64,000 nucleotides of DNA. Source: Auanema rhodensis (Eukaryota > Animalia > Nematoda). The notes beneath the pieces were generated by a model, which was not told where the DNA came from, searched no databases, and saw only the letters and a list, made by a program, of their open reading frames with translations. Position 1 is the stretch's first letter; the number at the start of each line of letters is the position of its first letter. The stretch is taken from positions 6,572,001 to 6,636,000 of the forward strand of contig OZ059900.1 in the NCBI GenBank assembly GCA_964057225.1, in the 5' to 3' direction. Below are positions 41,214 through 53,800 of this stretch, piece by piece. Made by a program: the position numbers and the translations under genes.

Positions 41214-43959
41214 GCGAGCAGGATTCGAACCTACGCAGGCAACGCCCATTGGATTTCGAGTCCAACTCCTTAACCACTCGAACATCGCTGCTTATTTCAG
41301 CAAATTCATTTTCAGAAGAAAAATACAGGCATTTGAAAATGTTTCTCAAAAAAATCTGGAAGAACCCAAAAAATTTCGCAGCGAGCAGGATTCGAACCTA
41401 CGCAGGCAACGCCCATTGGATTTCGAGTCCAACTCCTTAACCACTCGGACATCGCTGCTTATTTCAGCAAATTCATTTTCAGAAGAAAAATACAGGCATT
41501 TGAAAATATTTCTCAAAAAAATCTGGAAGAACCCAAAAAATTACGCAGCGAGCAGGATTCGAACCTACGCAGGCAACGCCCATTGGATTTCGAGTCCAAC
41601 TCCTTAACCACTCGGACATCGCTGCTTATTTCAGCAAATTCATTTTCAGAAGAAAAATACAGGCATTTGAAAATATTTCTCAAAAAAATCTGGAAGAACC
41701 CAAAAAATTACGCAGCGAGCAGGATTCGAACCTACGCAGGCAACGCCCACTGGATTTCGAGTCCAACTCCTTAACCACTCGGACATCGCTGCTTATTTCA
41801 GCAAATTCATTTTCAGAAGAAAAATACAGGCATTTGAAAATATTTCTCAAAAAAATCTGGAAGAACCCAAAAAATTACGCAGCGAGCAGGATTCGAACCT
41901 ACGCAGGCAACGCCCATTGGATTTCGAGTCCAACTCCTTAACCACTCGGACATCGCTGCTTATTTCAGCAAATTCATTTTCAGAAGAAAAATACAGGCAT
42001 TTGAAAATATTTCTCAAAAAAATCTGGAAGAACCCAAAAAATTACGCAGCGAGCAGGATTCGAACCTACGCAGGCAACGCCCATTGGATTTCGAGTCCAA
42101 CTCCTTAACCACTCGGACATCGCTGATTATTTCAGCAAATTCATTTTCAGAAGAAAAATACAGGCATTTGAAAATGCTTTCTCAGAAAAATCTGGAAGAA
42201 CCCAAAAAATTACGCAGCGAGCAGGATTCGAACCTACGCAGGCAACGCCCATTGGATTTCGAGTCCAACTCCTTAACCACTCGGACATCGCTGCTCATTT
42301 CAGCTAATTCCGTTTCAGAAGAATAATACAGGCTTTTGAAAATGTTGCTCAAAAAAATCTGGAAGAACCCAAAAAATTACGCTTCAGGATTCGAACCTAC
42401 GCAGGCAACGCCCATTGGATTTCGAGTCCAACTCCTTAACCACTCGGACATCGCTGCTCATTTCAGCTAATTCCGTTTCAGAAGAACAACACAGGCATTT
42501 GAAAATGCTTTCTCAGAAAAATCTGGAAGAACCCAAAAAATTTCGCAGCGAGCAGGATTCGAACCTACGCAGGCAACGCCCATTGGATTTCGAGTCCAAC
42601 TCCTTAACCACTCGGACATCGCTGCTCATTCCAGCAAATTCATTTTCAGAAGAATAATACAGGCATTTGAAAATGCTTTCTCAGAAAAATCTGGAAGAAC
42701 CTAAAAAATTTCGCAGCGAGCAGGATTCGAACCTACGCAGGCAACGCCCATTGGATTTCGAGTCCAACTCCTTAACCACTCGGACATCGCTGCTCATTTC
42801 AGCTAATTCCGTTTCAGAAGAATAATACAGGCATTTGAAAATGCTTTCTCAGAAAAATCTGAAAGAACCCAAAAAATTTCGCAGCGAGCAGGATTCGAAC
42901 CTACGCAGGCAACGCCCATTGGATTTCGAGTCCAACTCCTTAACCACTCGGACATCGCTGCTCATTTCAGCTAATTCCGTTTCAGAAGAATAATACAGGC
43001 ATTTGAAAATGCTTTCTCAGAAAAATCTGGAAGAACCCAAAAAATTTCGCAGCGAGCAGGATTCGAACCTACGCAGGCAACGCCCATTGGATTTCGAGTC
43101 CAACTCCTTAACCACTCGAACATCGCTGCTTATTTCAGCAAATTCATTTTCAGAAGAAAAATACAGGCATTTGAAAATGTTTCTCAAAAAAATCTGGAAG
43201 AACCCAAAAAATTTCGCAGCGAGCAGGATTCGAACCTACGCAGGCAACGCCCATTGGATTTCGAGTCCAACTCCTTAACCACTCGGACATCGCTGCTTAT
43301 TTCAGCAAATTCATTTTCAGAAGAAAAATACAGGCATTTGAAAATATTTCTCAAAAAAATCTGGAAGAACCCAAAAAATTACGCAGCGAGCAGGATTCGA
43401 ACCTACGCAGGCAACGCCCATTGGATTTCGAGTCCAACTCCTTAACCACTCGGACATCGCTGCTCATTTTAGCTAATTCCGTTTCAGAAGAAAAACACAG
43501 GCATTTGAAAATGCTTTCTCAGAAAAATCTGAAAGAACCCAAAAAATTTCGCAGCGAGCAGGATTCGAACCTACGCAGGCAACGCCCATTGGATTTCGAG
43601 TCCAACTCCTTAACCACTCGGACATCGCTGCTCATTTCAGCTAATTCCGTTTCAGAAGAATAATACAGTCATTTGAAAATGCTTTCTCAGAAAAATCTGG
43701 AAGAACCCAAAAAATTACGCAGCGAGCAGGATTCGAACCTACGCAGGCAACGCCCATTGGATTTCGAGTCCAACTCCTTAACCACTCGGACATCGCTGCT
43801 TATTTCAGCAAATTCATTTTCAGAAGAAAAATACAGGCATTTGAAAATGCTTTCTCAGAAAAATCTGGAAGAACCCAAAAAATTACGCAGCGAGCAGGAT
43901 TCGAACCTACGCAGGCAACGCCCATTGGATTTTGAGTCTAACACTTTAACCACTCGAAC
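41212..43959 (-). repeat. tRNA-Ser(CGA) array block 2, 17 copies including truncated ends and one acceptor-deleted copy (42380)
   Basis: 167-168-bp periodicity of cgcagcgagcaggattcgaacc; the terminal copy 43886-43959 is the CAA pseudogene. Confidence 0.95.
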
Positions 43960-44637
43960 GATAAAAAATATTGTAACGTATCGATATTCGAAAACCACTT
44001 TTTCAAAATGGAGAATATAATTTAGGTTCCATATGTGGAATATTCTCAGATGAAGTTGGAGGAAGTTTAATAACTCCTAATTCAATATCATTTTGTTCCT
44101 GAGTAAGAGGTTTGAATGTTAAAAAAGATTTTGTTGCATCGAACAATCAAATCTTTGCTTTTAAACCAAATTTTCCATTCATGGTACAAAGTACAACACG
44201 AGCAGATACTTCTGACAGTTTTCCAAGATGTACAACAGTTATCGATTGTACTTGTACCAAAATCAATAATGATGTTACTAGATGTGTTTGTCCAGAACAT
44301 AATGTTACGCATTTCTCTCATTTTTTACCTGCTCATATGTCAAATACAGAAATAATCTATAAACTCCATAAACTCCATAAACCCTTAACATTTCGTACCC
44401 AAGCTGATGAAACTACAGTTGTTATTGATTCTGATTATATAACTGTTTTACGTTTTCATGTGTTCTACCTTGTCGTCTTCTATTGATAAGTCTCTCGGGA
44501 TGCTATTACTGTGGACAAAGTGCATCCGCATTGATTATGTTCTGGACATACACATCCAGTAACATCATCATTGATTTTAGTACAAGTACACTCGATATCC
44601 TGTGTATCGATCGTCATATTGAAAAAAGAGTAATTCA
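43960..44637. repeat. Duplicated env-remnant segment (reverse complement of 39203-39880)
   Basis: Paired coordinates sum to 83840 (39881/43959, 39203/44637); the ORF track shows identical 124-aa peptides at 39354-39728(-) and 44112-44486(+). Confidence 0.93.
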
Positions 44638-47600
44638 GCGAGCAGGATTCGAACCTACGCAGGCAACGCCCATTGGATTTCGAGTCCAACTCCTTAACCA
44701 CTCGAACATCGCTGCTTATTTCAGCAAATTCATTTTCAGAAGAAAAATACAGGCATTTGAAAATGTTTCTCAAAAAAATCTGGAAGAACCCAAAAAATTT
44801 CGCAGCGAGCAGGATTCGAACCTACGCAGGCAACGCCCATTGGATTTCGAGTCCAACTCCTTAACCACTCGGACATCGCTGCTTATTTCAGCAAATTCAT
44901 TTTCAGAAGAAAAATACAGGCATTTGAAAATATTTCTCAAAAAAATCTGGAAGAACCCAAAAAATTACGCAGCGAGCAGGATTCGAACCTACGCAGGCAA
45001 CGCCCATTGGATTTCGAGTCCAACTCCTTAACCACTCGGACATCGCTGCTTATTTCAGCAAATTCATTTTCAGAAGAAAAATACAGGCATTTGAAAATAT
45101 TTCTCAAAAAAATCTGGAAGAACCCAAAAAATTACGCAGCGAGCAGGATTCGAACCTACGCAGGCAACGCCCACTGGATTTCGAGTCCAACTCCTTAACC
45201 ACTCGGACATCGCTGCTTATTTCAGCAAATTCATTTTCAGAAGAAAAATACAGGCATTTGAAAATATTTCTCAAAAAAATCTGGAAGAACCCAAAAAATT
45301 ACGCAGCGAGCAGGATTCGAACCTACGCAGGCAACGCCCATTGGATTTCGAGTCCAACTCCTTAACCACTCGGACATCGCTGCTTATTTCAGCAAATTCA
45401 TTTTCAGAAGAAAAATACAGGCATTTGAAAATATTTCTCAAAAAAATCTGGAAGAACCCAAAAAATTACGCAGCGAGCAGGATTCGAACCTACGCAGGCA
45501 ACGCCCATTGGATTTCGAGTCCAACTCCTTAACCACTCGGACATCGCTGCTTATTTCAGCAAATTCATTTTCAGAAGAAAAATACAGGCATTTGAAAATG
45601 CTTTCTCAGAAAAATCTGGAAGAACCCAAAAAATTACGCAGCGAGCAGGATTCGAACCTACGCAGGCAACGCCCATTGGATTTCGAGTCCAACTCCTTAA
45701 CCACTCGGACATCGCTGCTTATTTCAGCAAATTCATTTTCAGAAGAAAAATACAGGCATTTGAAAATGCTTTCTCAGAAAAATCTGGAAGAACCCAAAAA
45801 ATTACGCAGCGAGCAGGATTCGAACCTACGCAGGCAACGCCCATTGGATTTCGAGTCCAACTCCTTAACCACTCGGACATCGCTGCTTATTTCTGCTAAT
45901 TCCGTATCAGAAGAATAATACAGGCTTTTGAAAATGTTGCTCAAAAAAATCTGGAAGAACCCAAAAAATTACGCTTCAGGATTCGAACCTACGCAGGCAA
46001 CGCCCATTGGATTTCGAGTCCAACTCCTTAACCACTCGGACATCGCTGCTCATTTCAGCTAATTCCGTTTCAGAAGAAAAACACAGGCATTTGAAAATGC
46101 TTTCTCAGAAAAATCTGGAAGAACCCAAAAAATTTCGCAGCGAGCAGGATTCGAACCTACGCAGGCAACGCCCATTGGATTTCGAGTCCAACTCCTTAAC
46201 CACTCGGACATCACTGCTCATTCCAGCAAATTCATTTTCAGAAGAATAATACAGGCATTTGAAAATGCTTTCTCAGAAAAATCTGGAAGAACCTAAAAAA
46301 TTTCGCAGCGAGCAGGATTCGAACCTACGCAGGCAACGCCCATTGGATTTCGAGTCCAACTCCTTAACCACTCGGACATCGCTGCTCATTTCAGCTAATT
46401 CCGTTTCAGAAGAATAATACAGGCATTTGAAAATGCTTTCTCAGAAAAATCTGAAAGAACCCAAAAAATTTCGCAGCGAGCAGGATTCGAACCTACGCAG
46501 GCAACGCCCATTGGATTTCGAGTCCAACTCCTTAACCACTCGGACATCGCTGCTTATTTCAGCAAATTCATTTTCAGAAGAAAAATACAGGCATTTGAAA
46601 ATGTTTCTCAAAAAAATCTGGAAGAACCCAAAAAATTTCGCAGCGAGCAGGATTCGAACCTACGCAGGCAACGCCCATTGGATTTCGAGTCCAACTCCTT
46701 AACCACTCGGACATCGCTGCTTATTTCAGCAAATTCATTTTCAGAAGAAAAATACAGGCATTTGAAAATATTTCTCAAAAAAATCTGGAAGAACCCAAAA
46801 AATTACGCAGCGAGCAGGATTCGAACCTACGCAGGCAACGCCCATTGGATTTCGAGTCCAACTCCTTAACCACTCGGACATCGCTGCTCATTTTAGCTAA
46901 TTCCGTTTCAGAAGAAAAACACAGGCATTTGAAAATGCTTTCTCAGAAAAATCTGAAAGAACCCAAAAAATTTCGCAGCGAGCAGGATTCGAACCTACGC
47001 AGGCAACGCCCATTGGATTTCGAGTCCAACTCCTTAACCACTCGGACATCGCTGCTCATTTCAGCTAATTCCGTTTCAGAAGAATAATACAGTCATTTGA
47101 AAATGCTTTCTCAAAAAAATCTGGAAGAACCCAAAAAATTACGCAGCGAGCAGGATTCGAACCTACGCAGGCAACGCCCATTGGATTTCGAGTCCAACTC
47201 CTTAACCACTCGGACATCGCTGCTCATTTCAGCTAATTCCGTTTCAGAAGAATAATACAGGCATTTGAAAATGCTTTCTCAGAAAAATCTGAAAGAACCC
47301 AAAAAATTTCGCAGCGAGCAGGATTCGAACCTACGCAGGCAACGCCCATTGGATTTCGAGTCCAACTCCTTAACCACTCGGACATCGCTGCTCATTCCAG
47401 CAAATTCATTTTCAGAAGAATAATACAGGCATTTGAAAATGTTTCTCAAAAAAATCTGGAAGAACCCAAAAAATTTCGCAGCGAGCAGGATTCGAACCTA
47501 CGCAGGCAACGCCCATTGGATTTCGAGTCCAACTCCTTAACCACTCGGACATCGCTGCTTATTTCAGCAAATTCATTTTCAGAAGAAAAATACAGGCATT

Positions 47601-47846
47601 TGAAAATATTTCTCAAAAAAATCTGGAAGAACCCAAAAAATTACGCAGCGAGCAGGATTCGAACCTACGCAGGCAACGCCCATTGGATTTCGAGTCCAAC
47701 TCCTTAACCACTCGGACATCGCTGCTCATTTCAGCTAATTCCGTTTCAGAAGAATAATACAGGCTTTTGAAAATGTTGCTCAAAAAAATCTGGAAGAACC
47801 CAAAAAATATCGCAGCGAGCAGGATTCGAACCTACGCAGGCAACGC
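44636..47846 (-). repeat. tRNA-Ser(CGA) array block 3, 20 copies including truncated ends
   Basis: Same unit; the last copy is cut in the variable arm at 47846. Confidence 0.95.
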
Positions 47847-50800
47847 TTTTTGGGTTCTTCCAGATTTTTCTGAGAAAGCATTTTCAAATGTATTATTCTT
47901 CTGAAAATGAATTTGCTGGAATGAGCAGCGATGTCCGAGTGGTTAAGGAGTTGGACTCGAAATCCAATGGGCGTTGCCTGCGTAGGTTCGAATCCTGCTC
48001 GCTGCGTAATTTTTTGGGTTCTTCCAGATTTTTTTGAGAAACATTTTCAAATGCCTGTGTATTTCTTCTGAAAATGAATTTGCTGAAACGAGCAGCGATG
48101 TCCGAGTGGTTAAGGAGTTGGACTCGAAATCCAATGGGCGTTGCCTGCGTAGGTTCGAATCCTGCTCGCTGCGTAATTTTTTGGGTTCTTCCAGATTTTT
48201 TTGAGAAACATTTTCGAATACCTGTGTATTTCTTCTGAAAATGAATTTGCTGGAATGAGCAGCGATGTCCGAGTGGTTAAGGAGTTGGACTCGAAATCCA
48301 ATGGGCGTTGCCTGCGTAGGTTCGAATCCTGCTCGCTGCGAAATTTTTTGGGTTCTTCCAGATTTTTTTGAGCAACATTTTCAAAAGCCTGTATTATTCT
48401 TCTGAAACGGAATTAGCTGAAATGAGCAGCGATGTCCGAGTGGTTAAGGAGTTGGACTCGAAATCCAATGGGCGTTGCCTGCGTAGGTTCGAATCCTGCT
48501 CGCTGCGTAATTTTTTGGGTTCTTCCAGATTTTTTTGAGGAATATTTTCAAATGCCTGTATTTTTCTTCTGAAAATGAATTTGCTGAAATAAGCAGCGAT
48601 GTCCGAGTGGTTAAGGAGTTGGACTCGAAATCCAATGGGCGTTGCCTGCGTAGGTTCGAATCCTGCTCGCTGCGAAATTTTTTGGGTTCTTCCAGATTTT
48701 TTTGAGAAACATTTTCAAATGCCTGTATTATTCTTCTGAAAATGAATTTGCTGGAATGAGCAGCGATGTCCGAGTGGTTAAGGAGTTGGACTCGAAATCC
48801 AATGGGCGTTGCCTGCGTAGGTTCGAATCCTGCTCGCTGCGAAATTTTTTGGGTTCTTTCAGATTTTTCTGAGAAAGCATTTTCAAATGCCTGTATTATT
48901 CTTCTGAAACGGAATTAGCTGAAATGAGCAGCGATGTCCGAGTGGTTAAGGAGTTGGACTCGAAATCCAATGGGCGTTGCCTGCGTAGGTTCGAATCCTG
49001 CTCGCTGCGTAATTTTTTGGGTTCTTCCAGATTTTTTTGAGAAAGCATTTTCAAATGCCTGTATTATTCTTCTGAAACGGAATTAGCTGAAATGAGCAGC
49101 GATGTCCGAGTGGTTAAGGAGTTGGACTCGAAATCCTATGGGCGTTGCCTGCGTAGGTTCGAATCCTGCTCGCTGCGAAATTTTTTGGGTTCTTTCAGAT
49201 TTTTCTGAGAAAGCATTTTCAAATGCCTGTGTTTTTCTTCTGAAACGGAATTAGCTAAAATGAGCAGCGATGTCCGAGTGGTTAAGGAGTTGGACTCGAA
49301 ATCCAATGGGCGTTGCCTGCGTAGGTTCGAATCCTGCTCGCTGCGTAATTTTTTGGGTTCTTCCAGATTTTTTTGAGAAATATTTTCAAATGCCTGTATT
49401 TTTCTTCTGAAAATGAATTTGCTGAAATAAGCAGCGATGTCCGAGTGGTTAAGGAGTTGGACTCGAAATCCAATGGGCGTTGCCTGCGTAGGTTCGAATC
49501 CTGCTCGCTGCGAAATTTTTTGGGTTCTTCCAGAATTTTTTGAGAAACATTTTCAAATGCCTGTATTTTTCTTCTGAAAATGAATTTGCTGAAATAAGCA
49601 GCGATGTTCGAGTGGTTAAGGAGTTGGACTCGAAATCCAATGGGCGTTGCCTGCGTAGGTTCGAATCCTGCTCGCTGCGAAATTTTTTGGGTTCTTCCAG
49701 ATTTTTCTGAGAAAGCATTTTCAAAAGCCTGTATTATTCTTCTGAAACGGAATTAGCTGAAATGAGCAGCGATGTCCGAGTGGTTAAGGAGTTGGACTCG
49801 AAATCCAATGGGCGTTGCCTGCGTAGGTTCGAATCCTGCTCGCTGCGAAATTTTTTGGGTTCTTTCAGATTTTTCTGAGAAAGCATTTTCAAATGCCTGT
49901 ATTATTCTTCTGAAACGGAATTAGCTGAAATGAGCAGCGATGTCCGAGTGGTTAAGGAGTTGGACTCGAAATCCAATGGGCGTTGCCTGCGTAGGTTCGA
50001 ATCCTGCTCGCTGCGAAATTTTTTAGGTTCTTCCAGATTTTTCTGAGAAAGCATTTTCAAATGCCTGTATTATTCTTCTGAAAATGAATTTGCTGGAATG
50101 AGCAGCGATGTCCGAGTGGTTAAGGAGTTGGACTCGAAATCCAATGGGCGTTGCCTGCGTAGGTTCGAATCCTGCTCGCTGCGAAATTTTTTGGGTTCTT
50201 CCAGATTTTTCTGAGAAAGCATTTTCAAATGCCTGTGTTTTTCTTCTGAAACGGAATTAGCTGAAATGAGCAGCGATGTCCGAGTGGTTAAGGAGTTGGA
50301 CTCGAAATCCAATGGGCGTTGCCTGCGTAGGTTCGAATCCTGAAGCGTAATTTTTTGGGTTCTTCCAGATTTTTTTGAGCAACATTTTCAAAAGCCTGTA
50401 TTATTCTTCTGATACGGAATTAGCAGAAATGAGCAGCGATGTCCGAGTGGTTAAGGAGTTGGACTCGAAATCCAATGGGCGTTGCCTGCGTAGGTTCGAA
50501 TCCTGCTCGCTGCGTAATTTTTTGGGTTCTTCCAGATTTTTTTGAGAAATATTTTCAAATGCCTGTATTATTCTTCTGAAAATGAATTTGCTGGAATGAG
50601 CAGCGATGTCCGAGTGGTTAAGGAGTTGGACTCGAAATCCAATGGGCGTTGGCTGCGTAGGTTCGAATCCTGCTCGCTGCGAAATTTTTTGGGTTCTTCC
50701 AGATTTTTCTGAGAAAGCATTTTCAAATGCCTGTGTTTTTCTTCTGAAACGGAATTAGCTAAAATGAGCAGCGATGTCCGAGTGGTTAAGGAGTTGGACT

Positions 50801-53800
50801 CGAAATCCAATGGGCGTTGCCTGCGTAGGTTCGAATCCTGCTCGCTGCGTAATTTTTTGGGTTCTTCCAGATTTTTTTGAGAAATATTTTCAAATGCCTG
50901 TATTTTTCTTCTGAAAATGAATTTGCTGAAATAAGCAGCGATGTCCGAGTGGTTAAGGAGTTGGACTCGAAATCCAATGGGCGTTGCCTGCGTAGGTTCG
51001 AATCCTGCTCGCTGCGAAATTTTTTGGGTTCTTCCAGATTTTTTTGAGAAACATTTTCAAATGCCTGTATTTTTCTTCTGAAACGGAATTAGCTGAAATG
51101 AGCAGCGATGTCCGAGTGGTTAAGGAGTTGGACTCGAAATCCAATGGGCGTTGCCTGCGTAGGTTCGAATCCTGCTCGCTGCGAAATTTTTTGGGTTCTT
51201 TCAGATTTTTCTGAGAAAGCATTTTCAAATGCCTGTATTATTCTTCTGAAACGGAATTAGCTGAAATGAGCAGCGATGTCCGAGTGGTTAAGGAGTTGGA
51301 CTCGAAATCCAATGGGCGTTGCCTGCGTAGGTTCGAATCCTGCTCGCTGCGAAATTTTTTGGGTTCTTTCAGATTTTTCTGAGAAAGCATTTTCAAATGC
51401 CTGTATTATTCTTCTGAAACGGAATTAGCTGAAATGAGCAGCGATGTCCGAGTGGTTAAGGAGTTGGACTCGAAATCCAATGGGCGTTGCCTGCGTAGGT
51501 TCGAATCCTGCTCGCTGCGAAATTTTTTAGGTTCTTCCAGATTTTTCTGAGAAAGCATTTTCAAATGCCTGTATTATTCTTCTGAAAATGAATTTGCTGG
51601 AATGAGCAGCGATGTCCGAGTGGTTAAGGAGTTGGACTCGAAATCCAATGGGCGTTGCCTGCGTAGGTTCGAATCCTGCTCGCTGCGAAATTTTTTGGGT
51701 TCTTCCAGATTTTTCTGAGAAAGCATTTTCAAATGCCTGTGTTTTTCTTCTGAAACGGAATTAGCTGAAATGAGCAGCGATGTCCGAGTGGTTAAGGAGT
51801 TGGACTCGAAATCCAATGGGCGTTGCCTGCGTAGGTTCGAATCCTGAAGCGTAATTTTTTGGGTTCTTCCAGATTTTTTTGAGCAACATTTTCAAAAGCC
51901 TGTATTATTCTTCTGATACGGAATTAGCAGAAATGAGCAGCGATGTCCGAGTGGTTAAGGAGTTGGACTCGAAATCCAATGGGCGTTGCCTGCGTAGGTT
52001 CGAATCCTGCTCGCTGCGTAATTTTTTGGGTTCTTCCAGATTTTTTTGAGAAATATTTTCAAATGCCTGTATTATTCTTCTGAAAATGAATTTGCTGGAA
52101 TGAGCAGCGATGTCCGAGTGGTTAAGGAGTTGGACTCGAAATCCAATGGGCGTTGGCTGCGTAGGTTCGAATCCTGCTCGCTGCGAAATTTTTTGGGTTC
52201 TTCCAGATTTTTCTGAGAAAGCATTTTCAAATGCCTGTGTTTTTCTTCTGAAACGGAATTAGCTAAAATGAGCAGCGATGTCCGAGTGGTTAAGGAGTTG
52301 GACTCGAAATCCAATGGGCGTTGCCTGCGTAGGTTCGAATCCTGCTCGCTGCGTAATTTTTTGGGTTCTTCCAGATTTTTTTGAGAAATATTTTCAAATG
52401 CCTGTATTTTTCTTCTGAAAATGAATTTGCTGAAATAAGCAGCGATGTCCGAGTGGTTAAGGAGTTGGACTCGAAATCCAATGGGCGTTGCCTGCGTAGG
52501 TTCGAATCCTGCTCGCTGCGAAATTTTTTGGGTTCTTCCAGATTTTTTTGAGAAACATTTTCAAATGCCTGTATTTTTCTTCTGAAAATGAATTTGCTGA
52601 AATAAGCAGCGATGTTCGAGTGGTTAAGGAGTTGGACTCGAAATCCAATGGGCGTTGCCTGCGTAGGTTCGAATCCTGCTCGCTGCGAAATTTTTTGGGT
52701 TCTTCCAGATTTTTTTGAGCAACATTTTCAAAAGCCTGTATTATTCTTCTGAAACGGAATTAGCTGAAATGAGCAGCGATGTCCGAGTGGTTAAGGAGTT
52801 GGACTCGAAATCCAATGGGCGTTGCCTGCGTAGGTTCGAATCCTGCTCGCTGCGTAATTTTTTGGGTTCTTCCAGATTTTTCTGAGAAATATTTTCAAAT
52901 GCCTGTATTTTTCTTCTGAAAATGAATTTGCTGAAATAAGCAGCGATGTCCGAGTGGTTAAGGAGTTGGACTCGAAATCCAATGGGCGTTGCCTGCGTAG
53001 GTTCGAATCCTGCTCGCTGCGTAATTTTTTGGGTTCTTCCAGATTTTTTTGAGAAATATTTTCAAATGCCTGTATTATTCTTCTGAAAATGAATTTGCTG
53101 GAATGAGCAGCGATGTCCGAGTGGTTAAGGAGTTGGACTCGAAATCCAATGGGCGTTGGCTGCGTAGGTTCGAATCCTGCTCGCTGCGAAATTTTTTGGG
53201 TTCTTCCAGATTTTTCTGAGAAAGCATTTTCAAATGCCTGTGTTTTTCTTCTGAAACGGAATTAGCTAAAATGAGCAGCGATGTCCGAGTGGTTAAGGAG
53301 TTGGACTCGAAATCCAATGGGCGTTGCCTGCGTAGGTTCGAATCCTGCTCGCTGCGTAATTTTTTGGGTTCTTCCAGATTTTTTTGAGAAATATTTTCAA
53401 ATGCCTGTATTTTTCTTCTGAAAATGAATTTGCTGAAATAAGCAGCGATGTCCGAGTGGTTAAGGAGTTGGACTCGAAATCCAATGGGCGTTGCCTGCGT
53501 AGGTTCGAATCCTGCTCGCTGCGTAATTTTTTGGGTTCTTCCAGATTTTTTTGAGAAATATTTTCAAAAGCCTGTATTATTCTTCTGAAACGGAATTAGC
53601 TGAAATGAGCAGCGATGTCCGAGTGGTTAAGGAGTTGGACTCGAAATCCAATGGGCGTTGCCTGCGTAGGTTCGAATCCTGCTCGCTGCGTAATTTTTTG
53701 GGTTCTTCCAGATTTTTCTGAGAAATATTTTCAAATGCCTGTATTTTTCTTCTGAAAATGAATTTGCTGAAATAAGCAGCGATGTCCGAGTGGTTAAGGA

